Origin: Patescibacteria group bacterium
GTDB taxonomy: Bacteria; Patescibacteriota; UBA1384; JACPKC01
Reading direction: 5' to 3'
NCBI GenBank assembly: GCA_050944875.1
Contig: JBMNRW010000002.1
Coordinates: 1,009-65,008 of the forward strand
Length of the DNA stretch: 64,000 nucleotides
The number at the start of each line of letters is the position of its first letter. Within the stretch, counting starts at the first letter, position 1. The notes under the pieces are model-generated. The model was not told the origin of the DNA, did not search any database, and worked only from the letters and a program-made list of their open reading frames with translations. The translations under genes and the position numbers were made by a program. This document shows, piece by piece, positions 21,834-31,776 of this stretch.

Positions 21834-22985
21834 ATGGCTGATGCACTGTCGTTTCATCTAAGGCATAGGGGGAAGATCGGGACCGCGATTCTGACCCCGA
21901 TTGCGACGAACGAAGGGCTCGCACTGGCGTACACGCCAGGTGTTGCGGAGGTGTCAAAGGCGATTGCCGAAGATCAGGCCAAGGTCTGGGACTACACAAT
22001 GAAGAGCCGTACCGTGGCCGTCGTGACGGACGGGACGGCTGTGCTGGGGCTCGGTGACATCGGGCCGGAAGCGGCGCTCCCGGTCATGGAGGGGAAGTGC
22101 CTCCTCCACAAGCACCTGGGTGGCGTCGACGCAGTGCCGATCTGCCTCGCGACCAAGGATCCGGACGAGATCGTACGGATCGTCACCGCGCTCGCACCGG
22201 GGTTTGGCGCCATCCAATTGGAAGACATCGCAGCGCCGCAGTGTTTCGATATCGAGGCACGGCTGTCGGAATTGCTCGATATCCCCGTTCTCCACGACGA
22301 CCAGCATGCGACAGCGGTCATTGCGCTCGCGGCGCTCATGAATGCGGCGAAGGTAGCCGGGAAGGCAATGGCGACGCTCGAGGTGGTGGTGAGCGGGGCT
22401 GGAGCAGCAGGGATCGCGATCGCCCGGCTGGTGCGCCCGCTCGTCTCCCGGGTGACGCTCGTCGACAGTAAAGGGATCGTCTCGAGTGATCGGGCCGACC
22501 TCAATGCGTTCAAGCAGGAGTTTGCCGTCGACCGTCCAGGTAGCCTCGGTGACGCGCTCGAAGGTGCTGACGTCTTCTTCGGCGTCTCAAAGGGCGGGAT
22601 TGTCTCGAGGGAGATGGTCGCGCGCATGAACGCGGGTGCGATCGTCTTCGCGATGGCGAACCCCGAGCCGGAGATTCTCCCTGATGCGGCGCGCGCCGGC
22701 GGGGCGGCGGTCATCGGGACCGGCCGGAGCGACTTCCCCAACCAGATCAACAACTCGCTCTCGTTCCCGGGGCTTTTCCGCGGCGCGCTCGATGTCCGGG
22801 CAAGCCGGTTCACTGACGGTATGAAGCAGGCGGCTGCTCAGGCGATTGCTGACGCGGTGCCGGCGCCAACGCCTGATCGCATAGTCCCCGATCCGCTCGA
22901 TCAATCGGTGGCAGAGCGGGTGGCGAAGGCGGTCGCAGTAGCGGCGCGCGCGGACGGAGCTGCACGCATTGAGGTCGCGCAATGA
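21834..22985 (+). CDS. NAD(P)-dependent malic enzyme (short form)
   Basis: Malic-enzyme N-terminal and NAD-binding motifs (GAGAAG); RBS AAGGAGG. Confidence 0.85.
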   Translation: MADALSFHLRHRGKIGTAILTPIATNEGLALAYTPGVAEVSKAIAEDQAKVWDYTMKSRTVAVVTDGTAVLGLGDIGPEAALPVMEGKCLLHKHLGGVDAVPICLATKDPDEIVRIVTALAPGFGAIQLEDIAAPQCFDIEARLSELLDIPVLHDDQHATAVIALAALMNAAKVAGKAMATLEVVVSGAGAAGIAIARLVRPLVSRVTLVDSKGIVSSDRADLNAFKQEFAVDRPGSLGDALEGADVFFGVSKGGIVSREMVARMNAGAIVFAMANPEPEILPDAARAGGAAVIGTGRSDFPNQINNSLSFPGLFRGALDVRASRFTDGMKQAAAQAIADAVPAPTPDRIVPDPLDQSVAERVAKAVAVAARADGAARIEVAQ

Positions 22986-23518
22986 CTAGCCGTGGTCCGT
23001 GGCAGGTGCTCTCGAGCGAGGTGAAGTACGAGAACCCGTGGATCTCCGTCCGCGAAGATAAGGTGATTCACCCGGATGGTAAGCCAGGGATCTTCGGGGT
23101 TGTCACGATGGCGGCCGGTGTGACGATTCTCGCGCTCGATGACGCTGGTCGCGTCTACCTCGTTGAGCTCGACCGGTACGCCACTGGCACGCGGAGTTTC
23201 GAGCTCCCGGGCGGCGCCATTGACGCCGGCGAGACTCCGCTCGAGGCGGCGAAGCGCGAACTCCAGGAAGAGGTCGGGCTCGAGGCGGCAACGTGGACGC
23301 CGCTCGGCGGCGAGTTTGACGCGTACACGACGACGCTCACCTGTCCGCAACGGCTCTTCCTCGCGACAGGACTCACGGACGTCGGCAAAGTGGATGACCC
23401 GAACGAGCCAATGACCATACACCCGGTTCCGCTCGATGAGGCGATTGTCATGATCCAAGACGGCCGGATTACCGAACCGTTCTGCGCGACCGCACTCCTC
23501 CTGGCCGCGCGCCGCTAG
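22982..23518 (+). CDS. NUDIX hydrolase (ADP-ribose pyrophosphatase-like)
   Basis: Nudix box GGAIDAGETPLEAAKRELQEEVGL. Confidence 0.8.
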   Translation: MTSRGPWQVLSSEVKYENPWISVREDKVIHPDGKPGIFGVVTMAAGVTILALDDAGRVYLVELDRYATGTRSFELPGGAIDAGETPLEAAKRELQEEVGLEAATWTPLGGEFDAYTTTLTCPQRLFLATGLTDVGKVDDPNEPMTIHPVPLDEAIVMIQDGRITEPFCATALLLAARR

Positions 23519-23520
23519 GC

Positions 23521-23913
23521 TTACTGAAGGTTGCTGAGATAGCCCTTTAGGCTTGGGCAAGCGGGAAGTGCCCGGGCGTCAGCAAGGGCGATGTACTTGA
23601 GCTCAACGCACTCTTCTGACGGGACAAACCCAGCGATGTCGTCAACAGCAGTGCGGTAGCCGAGGTACAGAAAATCGAACTGGTCATTGTGCGACACACT
23701 CCACACTGCAGTCGGCTGCTCGTCGAGGACGCGGGCGGCAAGGCCGCACTCTTCATGTATCTCTCGGACGATCGTCTCGCGGGGCGATTCGTTGTCGTCA
23801 ATGCCGCCGCCAGGAATCTCCCAACGCCCGTCGGACTCCTTGAGGAGGAGTAGTCGTCCTTGGTCGTCGAACACGAGCGCTTTCGCCGAGACGCGGAAGA
23901 TACTATTGGGCAT
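23521..23913 (-). CDS. NUDIX hydrolase (small, 130 aa)
   Basis: Nudix box GGGIDDNESPRETIVREIHEECGL; ORF-track frame trimmed to Met-91. Confidence 0.7.
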   Translation of the reverse strand: MPNSIFRVSAKALVFDDQGRLLLLKESDGRWEIPGGGIDDNESPRETIVREIHEECGLAARVLDEQPTAVWSVSHNDQFDFLYLGYRTAVDDIAGFVPSEECVELKYIALADARALPACPSLKGYLSNLQ

Positions 23914-23980
23914 ATGCCTCCTAAATTTGGTTATGGATGCACTACAACAGACGCTTGTCTTTGGTGTCCAGTGGTGCACC

Positions 23981-25144
23981 TCAGTGTGAGTTGAGCGCTG
24001 CGACCGCGGGGAGCGTTTCGCCGGCCATGAAGGCGAGCGTCGAGCCGCCGCCCATTGAGACGAAGCGGTAGCGGTCGAGCGAGAGCTCTTCCTCGGTGAG
24101 GAGCGCGACGGTGTCACCGCCTGACACAACGCTATGCGCTGCTTCGTTGTCAGCGATCGCGCGAGCAACGGCAACCGTGCCAATACGGAAGTCTCGGGCG
24201 GTCGTACTCGTCATGCCCATTGTCCCGTTCCAGAAGATCGTCTTCGCGCCCTTGAGTACTTCAGTGAAGGTGTCGCGGGTCTTCGCGCCGATGTCGAGGA
24301 TCTTGTCACCCTGCCAGACGTAGTCCTCTGGCAAGACGAACTTGTCAGGCGCCCGGTCGTAGAGCGTCTTCGCGAGCACCATCCGTTCGGCGTCGGCAAC
24401 CGAGCGACCGATTTCCGTACCGAGCGCGCCGGCGAATGTGTTCGCCATCACACCGCCAAGGAGGAAGCTGTCGACGGTGTCGAGGAGGTGCTCGATGATC
24501 GGGAGCTTTGTCTCGACCTTCGCGCCGCCCAAGACGCAGACGAACGGCTTACCGGCTGCCTTCGTCGCTTGGCCGAGCATCGCGAGCTCGCGTTCGAACT
24601 GGATGCCGGCGACCGCGACCTTGGCCTCTTGGATTGCACCAACCGTCGAGGCGTGCGTCCGGTGCGCGACCGCGAACGCATCGAAGACGTAGAGGTCACC
24701 GAGGCCGGCGAGCTCTCGAGCGAGTGTGCGGTCGTCCTGCGTCTCGCGCGGGTCGAAGCGGAGGTTTTCGAGGAGGAAGATACTCTGGCCGAGCGGGTAG
24801 GCGGGGAGGCTCATGCCTTCAAGGCGGCGTGGTTCGAGCTCAAGCTCAGTGTGCGGGAACCCGAGGAGCGTGCGCAGGTGGTGGGCGACTGGCTCGAGCG
24901 ACAGCCGGGCGTTCCCGGCGGCAACTTGCGACGGCGCTTGGCGCGGACGGGAGACCGGCCGGCCGAGATGGCCGACGAGGACGATCCGGGCGGCGCCGTT
25001 GTCGCGGAGGTACTCAATGGTCGGGATGGCGGCGCGCAGGCGGAGGTCGCCCTCGATGGTGCCGCGGGCGCTGACGGGGACGTCACAGTCGATGCGGACG
25101 ACGACGCGTGCGCCGCGGACCGGGGTGTCGTGGAGTGTTTTCAT
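23981..25144 (-). CDS. pgk: phosphoglycerate kinase
   Basis: 387 aa; PGK N-terminal RVDxNVP-like and hinge/ATP-binding motifs. Confidence 0.95.
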   Translation of the reverse strand: MKTLHDTPVRGARVVVRIDCDVPVSARGTIEGDLRLRAAIPTIEYLRDNGAARIVLVGHLGRPVSRPRQAPSQVAAGNARLSLEPVAHHLRTLLGFPHTELELEPRRLEGMSLPAYPLGQSIFLLENLRFDPRETQDDRTLARELAGLGDLYVFDAFAVAHRTHASTVGAIQEAKVAVAGIQFERELAMLGQATKAAGKPFVCVLGGAKVETKLPIIEHLLDTVDSFLLGGVMANTFAGALGTEIGRSVADAERMVLAKTLYDRAPDKFVLPEDYVWQGDKILDIGAKTRDTFTEVLKGAKTIFWNGTMGMTSTTARDFRIGTVAVARAIADNEAAHSVVSGGDTVALLTEEELSLDRYRFVSMGGGSTLAFMAGETLPAVAALNSH

Positions 25145-25185
25145 GCCCCTGATGCTACGCAGAACGACGAGGGAAGTGCAACGCT

Positions 25186-25214
25186 TTGACAGGAGTAGCG
25201 CGCAAACCTATACT
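25186..25214 (+). promoter_or_regulatory. sigma70-like promoter TTGACA-N17-TATACT
   Basis: Consensus -35, 17-nt spacer, TATACT -10; GTG start of downstream gene 18 nt after -10. Confidence 0.45.
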
Positions 25215-25231
25215 GCTCCCGTTGGAGGTCT

Positions 25232-25897
25232 GTGCACCCGCACCTTGATGTCCGCATCGTCGATATCCGACCGCTCACGCCAACCGTGAAGGAGTTTTGG
25301 CTCGAGCGGCTGGACGGCGCGCCGTACGCGTTTACGCCCGGCCAGCACCTCATGTACTGGTCCGGCCAGAAGTACGCGGAGTTCTCGCTCGCCTCTTCGC
25401 CCACAATGCCGGCAGTCGTCGCGATCGCTGTCCGGAAGCTCGGGCAGGCATCGTCGAAGCTCCACGCGCTCCGGGTCGGAGACGTTATTGCGGTAACGCC
25501 GCCGAAGGGCGAAGCGTTCCGCACCAGTCACCTCGCTGGCCGCGAGCTCTGGTTTGTCGCTGGCGGTATTGGGCTCGCCGGCCTCAAGGCGCAGCTCCAC
25601 GCTGTCGCGGCGGCTCCGGCGGAGTTTCCCGGTCGGCACAAGCTCTTCTACGGCCTCAAGGATCGCGCCGAACTCCTCTGGCCGGATGAGCTGCGTGCCT
25701 GGGCGAGCTGGCTCGACGTCGAAGTGACCGGCGACGGGCGCCACCTCCTCGGCGACCTCCTCCACGAAGGGTTGGGCGGGCACGGCCAGGTGACGGCGCT
25801 CATCTGCGGCCCGAACGCGTTCTACGAACCAGTACGACAGGTGCTCCTGAGGGTCGGCGTCCCTGCGACGCACATCCTCACGAACATCTGGGAGTAA
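25232..25897 (+). CDS. ferredoxin-NADP-reductase-like FAD/NAD(P)-binding oxidoreductase
   Basis: FAD-binding beta-barrel then NAD-binding GG motif (FVAGGIGLAG). Confidence 0.6.
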   Translation: MHPHLDVRIVDIRPLTPTVKEFWLERLDGAPYAFTPGQHLMYWSGQKYAEFSLASSPTMPAVVAIAVRKLGQASSKLHALRVGDVIAVTPPKGEAFRTSHLAGRELWFVAGGIGLAGLKAQLHAVAAAPAEFPGRHKLFYGLKDRAELLWPDELRAWASWLDVEVTGDGRHLLGDLLHEGLGGHGQVTALICGPNAFYEPVRQVLLRVGVPATHILTNIWE

Positions 25898-25909
25898 TGA
25901 AAGGAACCC

Positions 25910-27136
25910 ATGAGCGACGAATTCCGGATTCAGGTAAAGAACCACAAGACGCACAAGCACTCGCGCCACGAGTTCGAGGTAGAGGTGCCGGCGGTGACGA
26001 TGGGCGAGTTCTTCGAGCGGGCGTACCGCCAGCTCGCGCCGACCGTCGAGATCAAGGGCTTCCGTCGCGGCCAGGCGCCGAAGGTGCTCACGATCCAGCG
26101 GATCGGGAACGAGCGGTACTTTGGACTCGCGCTCGATATGGCCTTGCCGGCGACGTACGCCGAGGCCGTCAAGCTCGCCGACGTCCACCCGATCGCCCCG
26201 CCTGAGGTGGCGATCCAGTCGTACGGCGAGGGCGCCGCGCTCACGTACAAGGTGGTCGTCGACGTCATTCCCGAAATCGAGCTTGGCGACTACCAGAAGC
26301 TCAAGGTGAAAGCACCGAAGAAGGACGACGAGCTCACGGCGCGCGAGGTTGATGAGGTCATTGACCGGCTGCGCAAGCAGCAGGCCGTCGTGACGCCAGT
26401 CGACCGCCCAGCAGCGAAGGGTGACCGTGTTGAAATCGACTACGCTGGGCACGTCAAGAACGTGAAGCGCGACGATCTCTCGAGCCAACACTTCCCGCTC
26501 GTTCTCGGAGAGGGTGTCTTCGTCGCGAAGAAGCTCGAGGCCGCGCTCGAGGGGAAGAAGAAGGGCGACGTGTTCGAAGTCGAGGACAAGGTTGAGAAAG
26601 ATACGGTTCGGTTTGAGGTGAGCGTCCACGAGGTGGCCGAGGTGAAGCTCCCTGACGTCGACACTGCCTTCGCCGAGCAGTTTGGCCGGAAGGACGCGGA
26701 CGACCTCCGCGAAGCCGTGAAGAGTCAGCTCCGCATGGAGAAGGAGACCGCGCATCGGCGTGAGCTTGAGGACCTCGTGCTTGGTGAGGTGCTGAAGAAG
26801 GCGAAGCTCGAGCTCCCCGAGAGCCTCATCGAAGAGGAGATCGGCCGCCGCATCGGCGAGGTGAAACAGCAGCTCGGCGTCATGTTCCCGAAGTTCCTCG
26901 AGAGCCAGAAGAAGTCTGAAGACGATATCCGGAAAGAGCTCCGGCCGTCAGCTGAGCACTCAGTGAAGGCTGGACTCGTCCTTGGCGAGATCGCGAAACG
27001 CGAAGGCTTCGGCGAGGACCGCCACAAGGGCGAGCCGGAGATCGAGTTTCAGAAGCGCGTCGTCCGCCGGACGCTCAGCTACCTCGTCGCGATCGCGACG
27101 GGCACGAAGCCGGATGAGGCGAAGGCGGGGAAGTAG
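25910..27136 (+). CDS. tig: trigger factor
   Basis: N-terminal ribosome-binding domain with GFRRGQAPK signature, PPIase-like middle, C-terminal arms. Confidence 0.9.
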   Translation: MSDEFRIQVKNHKTHKHSRHEFEVEVPAVTMGEFFERAYRQLAPTVEIKGFRRGQAPKVLTIQRIGNERYFGLALDMALPATYAEAVKLADVHPIAPPEVAIQSYGEGAALTYKVVVDVIPEIELGDYQKLKVKAPKKDDELTAREVDEVIDRLRKQQAVVTPVDRPAAKGDRVEIDYAGHVKNVKRDDLSSQHFPLVLGEGVFVAKKLEAALEGKKKGDVFEVEDKVEKDTVRFEVSVHEVAEVKLPDVDTAFAEQFGRKDADDLREAVKSQLRMEKETAHRRELEDLVLGEVLKKAKLELPESLIEEEIGRRIGEVKQQLGVMFPKFLESQKKSEDDIRKELRPSAEHSVKAGLVLGEIAKREGFGEDRHKGEPEIEFQKRVVRRTLSYLVAIATGTKPDEAKAGK

Positions 27137-27169
27137 TCTTCCGCTATAGTGAGTGGAAAAGGAGTCAGC

Positions 27170-27805
27170 ATGGAACTACGGAACCAGATTCTCGTCCCGA
27201 CGGTCATCGAGAAGAGCCAGTTCGGTGAGCGGGCGTACGACATCTACTCCCGCCTCCTCAAGGAGCGGATCATCTTCGTCTCCGGTCCGATCGAGGACCA
27301 CATGGCGAACCTCATCGTCGCCCAGCTCCTCTTCCTCGCGAGCGAGGATCAGACGCGCGACATCCAGCTCTACATCAACAGCCCGGGCGGCTCAGTGACC
27401 GCCGGCCTCGCGATCTACGACACGATGGAGCACATCAAGCCAGACGTCTCGACGATCTGCGTCGGGATGGCGGCCTCGATGGGCGCGTTCCTCCTCGCCG
27501 GCGGGGCGAAGGGCAAGCGGTACGCGCTGCCGAACTCGAAGGTCATGATCCACCAGGTAATGGGCGGGGCGACCGGCCAGGCGACGGACATCAAGATCCA
27601 GGCCGAGGAGATCCTCCGTGTCAAAGACCGGATGAACGAGATCTTGGCCGCGAAGACCGGCCAGCCGAAAGAGAAGATCGAGCAGGACACGGAGCGCGAT
27701 AACTACCTGTCCGCCGACCAGGCGAAGGCGTACGGCCTCGTCGACGACGTGATCCACTCGGCAGTCGACGCAAAGCCGGCTGAGACGCCGAAAACCGAGA
27801 ACTAG
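27170..27805 (+). CDS. clpP: ATP-dependent Clp protease proteolytic subunit
   Basis: Ser-His-Asp triad context ([12 protein letters not shown]); RBS AAAAGGAG; ORF-track frame trimmed to ATG 27170. Confidence 0.95.
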   Translation: MELRNQILVPTVIEKSQFGERAYDIYSRLLKERIIFVSGPIEDHMANLIVAQLLFLASEDQTRDIQLYINSPGGSVTAGLAIYDTMEHIKPDVSTICVGMAASMGAFLLAGGAKGKRYALPNSKVMIHQVMGGATGQATDIKIQAEEILRVKDRMNEILAAKTGQPKEKIEQDTERDNYLSADQAKAYGLVDDVIHSAVDAKPAETPKTEN

Positions 27806-27884
27806 GCCAGGCACTACAGTTCGAGCTGCGGGCGCGTCGGGTTACCCCCTCGACGCGCCCGCTTCGCATTCGTACGCTAATCGT

Positions 27885-28484
27885 ATGGACACGCAAAAAA
27901 TCACCAACTTCCTCTTCGAGATCGCGTCAATGCGGCGGCTTACCCGTTCGCACCGGCAGTTCATTACTGGCGTCACGGACAACATCGCCGACCACAGCTT
28001 CCGCGCGGCGGTCATCGGCATGGTGCTCGCCGAGCTCGAGGGTGTCGACAGTAGTAAGGTGCTGAAGATTTGCCTCTTCCACGACCTCGCCGAGGCGCGG
28101 ACCGGTGACGCGAACTACCTCAACAAACAGTACGGCGACCTTCGGGAAGACGAGGTGACGCGCGACCAGATGGATGGCCTGCCGATCGGGCCGGAAATCG
28201 TCGCGCTTCTCGAGGAGTACGAGCGGCGGGAGTCGCCTGAGTCGGTCGTGGCGAAAGACGCCGACCTCGTCGACCAGATGATCTTGCAGCAGGAGTACTT
28301 CCGTGGCGACGACGAGAACCGGAACCGCTGGCACAACCACGCGGTCCGCAGTATGCGGACGAAGAGTGCCCGCGAGCTTGCCGAGCGGATCCGCGAGACG
28401 AACCCGCTCGAGTGGCTTTACGAGGTGACGGGGAAGAAAACGAACACCGTCGTCGGCGCGCCCGTGGAGTCGGTAACCGCGTGA
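27885..28484 (+). CDS. HD-domain phosphohydrolase (YfbR/HDDC2-like 5'-nucleotidase family)
   Basis: H...HD...D motifs (HSFRAAVIG, FHDLAEARTGD). Confidence 0.75.
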   Translation: MDTQKITNFLFEIASMRRLTRSHRQFITGVTDNIADHSFRAAVIGMVLAELEGVDSSKVLKICLFHDLAEARTGDANYLNKQYGDLREDEVTRDQMDGLPIGPEIVALLEEYERRESPESVVAKDADLVDQMILQQEYFRGDDENRNRWHNHAVRSMRTKSARELAERIRETNPLEWLYEVTGKKTNTVVGAPVESVTA

Positions 28485-28936
28485 TCCGGGCGGTCATCTT
28501 CGACTGGGGACGGACGCTCTGGGACAACGACGCCGGCGCGCTCTACCCGGACGCCGAGCCGACGCTTGAGGCGCTGGCAGGTCAGTACCGCCTCGCCCTC
28601 TGTAGCGTTGCGCTCGAGTCGCCTGAGGAGCGCCTCAATCTTATCCGTCGTACCGGTCTCGACCGGTACTTCGAGTGTATGCGGGCGGTACCGCGCGGCA
28701 CGCCGAAGGATGGCATCCTTGACGAGACGCTCGCCGAGCTCGCGCTCACGCCACACGAGGTGGCAGTTGTGGACGATCGAATGTTCCGTAGCATTACGTG
28801 GGGAAACCGGGTTGGCGCGACGACGTTCTGGGTGTACCGCGGTCGGTTCGCGGACGAACTTCCGGCTCGCGAGACCGGCCAGCCTACGCACACGATCGGC
28901 GCGGTCGCCGACCTTCTTCCTATCCTCGGGGCGTAG
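28481..28936 (+). CDS. HAD-superfamily hydrolase
   Basis: GTG start overlapping HD stop (GTGA); motif I VIFDWGRTL, motif III/IV VVDD. Confidence 0.6.
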   Translation: MIRAVIFDWGRTLWDNDAGALYPDAEPTLEALAGQYRLALCSVALESPEERLNLIRRTGLDRYFECMRAVPRGTPKDGILDETLAELALTPHEVAVVDDRMFRSITWGNRVGATTFWVYRGRFADELPARETGQPTHTIGAVADLLPILGA

Positions 28937-28941
28937 GGGTG

Positions 28942-28970
28942 TTGACAGCTTTCTCGAGAGCCCATATACT
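28942..28970 (+). promoter_or_regulatory. 16S rRNA promoter TTGACA-N17-TATACT
   Basis: Consensus hexamers about 250 nt upstream of 16S 5' end. Confidence 0.55.
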
Positions 28971-29023
28971 GCGCTCTGTGAGGTTCGAACGGAGCCAAAC
29001 AGCTTAAACCGCAGGTCGACCAG

Positions 29024-29064
29024 ATGCACCGCTTACCAGGAACGATGCGGGTGCATCGTTTTTT
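29024..29064 (+). promoter_or_regulatory. terminator-like hairpin + T6 in 16S leader (possible attenuator/antitermination target)
   Basis: GATGCACCGC...GCGGGTGCATC followed by GTTTTTT, located between promoter and mature 16S. Confidence 0.3.
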
Positions 29065-29221
29065 GTCGGCTTTCGGCCTCGAACCTGTAGCTTGAAAACT
29101 CGCACTCGTATACGACCAGCGTATATAGGTAAGGACCAATCGGGATTGGTTTCTCGGTTGGTTGGAAGATTGAGCCTCGCCGGGGTTATCCGGCGTGTGG
29201 TCACAACATGAAGTGACATCT

Positions 29222-30673
<1,452 letters not shown>

Positions 30674-30771
30674 TAACGGAATTTTGGTGCTTTGCTTGCA
30701 AAGTACCTACCGTAGGTCGATCTCTCACCTTGAGAGACCCTTTCAATCTTCCAACCATTGAGCGACCAAGT

Positions 30772-30800
30772 AAAACAGCGCCATTCGGCGCTGTTTTACG
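30772..30800 (+). terminator. hairpin + T-run about 100 nt after 16S 3' end
   Basis: AAAACAGCGCC-ATTC-GGCGCTGTTTT. Confidence 0.5.
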
Positions 30801-30862
30801 TTGCATTTGCTTGACGTTCTTCACTTGACCGAACCTGTTTCTTGGTAGAAAATGCCCGAAGT

Positions 30863-31309
30863 ATGCGCCCGTCGCTCCACGCCTTCACTTCGCGCCTCTC
30901 GCCTCGGCACTGGCGGCTGTTCGCCGCAGTGCTCGCCGTGGTGCTCGTGGCTGCGATCGCGTTGACCTGGCAGCGTAGCCAGGCAGAGGACGGGCGGAAA
31001 GTCGAAGCACTCGTGCTCACCGGCGAGGTGTCGTGGACGAGCGGCGACTTCCGCGTCGAGAACCGCGACCCGTTCGCGTGGAATCGCTGCAAGCTCGAGG
31101 TGAACGGCCAAAGCTACGGGGATGGGTACGGCTACCTCGTTGAGACTGTTCCTGCTGGCCGTCGGCTGAGCTTGCCGATGCGGGCGTTCTTGAAGGCTGG
31201 CCAGCAGTACGACGCAAGCCGCGAAGCGCCGGGCCGGTTCACGATCCGCTGCCAAGACGCGAACGGCCAGGTCGGCGTCTACGTCGGCCGCGCCAAGTCT
31301 GCCGAGTAA
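30863..31309 (+). CDS. hypothetical signal-anchored protein (about 148 aa)
   Basis: N-terminal TM/signal anchor (WRLFAAVLAVVLVAAIALTW); candidate TTGACC-N17-GAAAAT promoter just upstream. Confidence 0.45.
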   Translation: MRPSLHAFTSRLSPRHWRLFAAVLAVVLVAAIALTWQRSQAEDGRKVEALVLTGEVSWTSGDFRVENRDPFAWNRCKLEVNGQSYGDGYGYLVETVPAGRRLSLPMRAFLKAGQQYDASREAPGRFTIRCQDANGQVGVYVGRAKSAE

Positions 31310-31386
31310 TCTGACCCCATCCTGAGCGGGGTCTCGTGTGCTCGCCCCGTTCATCTGGTATCCTTGCTCCTGATGATGGAGGGGCA

Positions 31387-31776
31387 GTGACGATCCAATG
31401 GATCCAGGCGATTCCGTGGTGGTACCGGCATGTGCCGGCTCTGTTGGCGCATCACCAGCGCCTCATCTTTGAAACGGTTGTCGACTACTTCTCGTTCGCC
31501 ATCCTCCTCCGAACGCTCTTCGCCCCGTGGAAGCGAGACCAGCGCGCAACCGACCGGCTGACGATCCCAGAGTGGGTGCGGGTCTTCGGTGAGAACATGA
31601 TGACGCGGCTCGTCGGGGCGATCGTCCGACTGGGCGCCATGGGTGCTGGGCTCCTTTGCCTTGCGTTCCTCGCAGTGCTCGACGTCCTCATTTGGATTAC
31701 CTGGCTCGTCGCACCGCTCCTCGCACTTGGACTCATTGCGCTAGGCATTCTCACTGGGCTCGGGGGGATGCAGTGA
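31387..31776 (+). CDS. integral membrane protein (about 129 aa, 3 predicted TM helices)
   Basis: GTG start 4 nt after GGAGG; alternative ATG 31336; stop overlaps next start (GTGA). Confidence 0.45.
   Translation: MTIQWIQAIPWWYRHVPALLAHHQRLIFETVVDYFSFAILLRTLFAPWKRDQRATDRLTIPEWVRVFGENMMTRLVGAIVRLGAMGAGLLCLAFLAVLDVLIWITWLVAPLLALGLIALGILTGLGGMQ

Noticed and set aside
28412-28480. N-terminal extension of the HAD hydrolase ORF (MALRGDGEENEHRRRRARG...) overlapping the HD-domain gene
   Set aside because: The extension lies entirely within the preceding gene in another frame and is Arg-rich low complexity. The GTG at 28481 overlapping the upstream stop is the more credible start.
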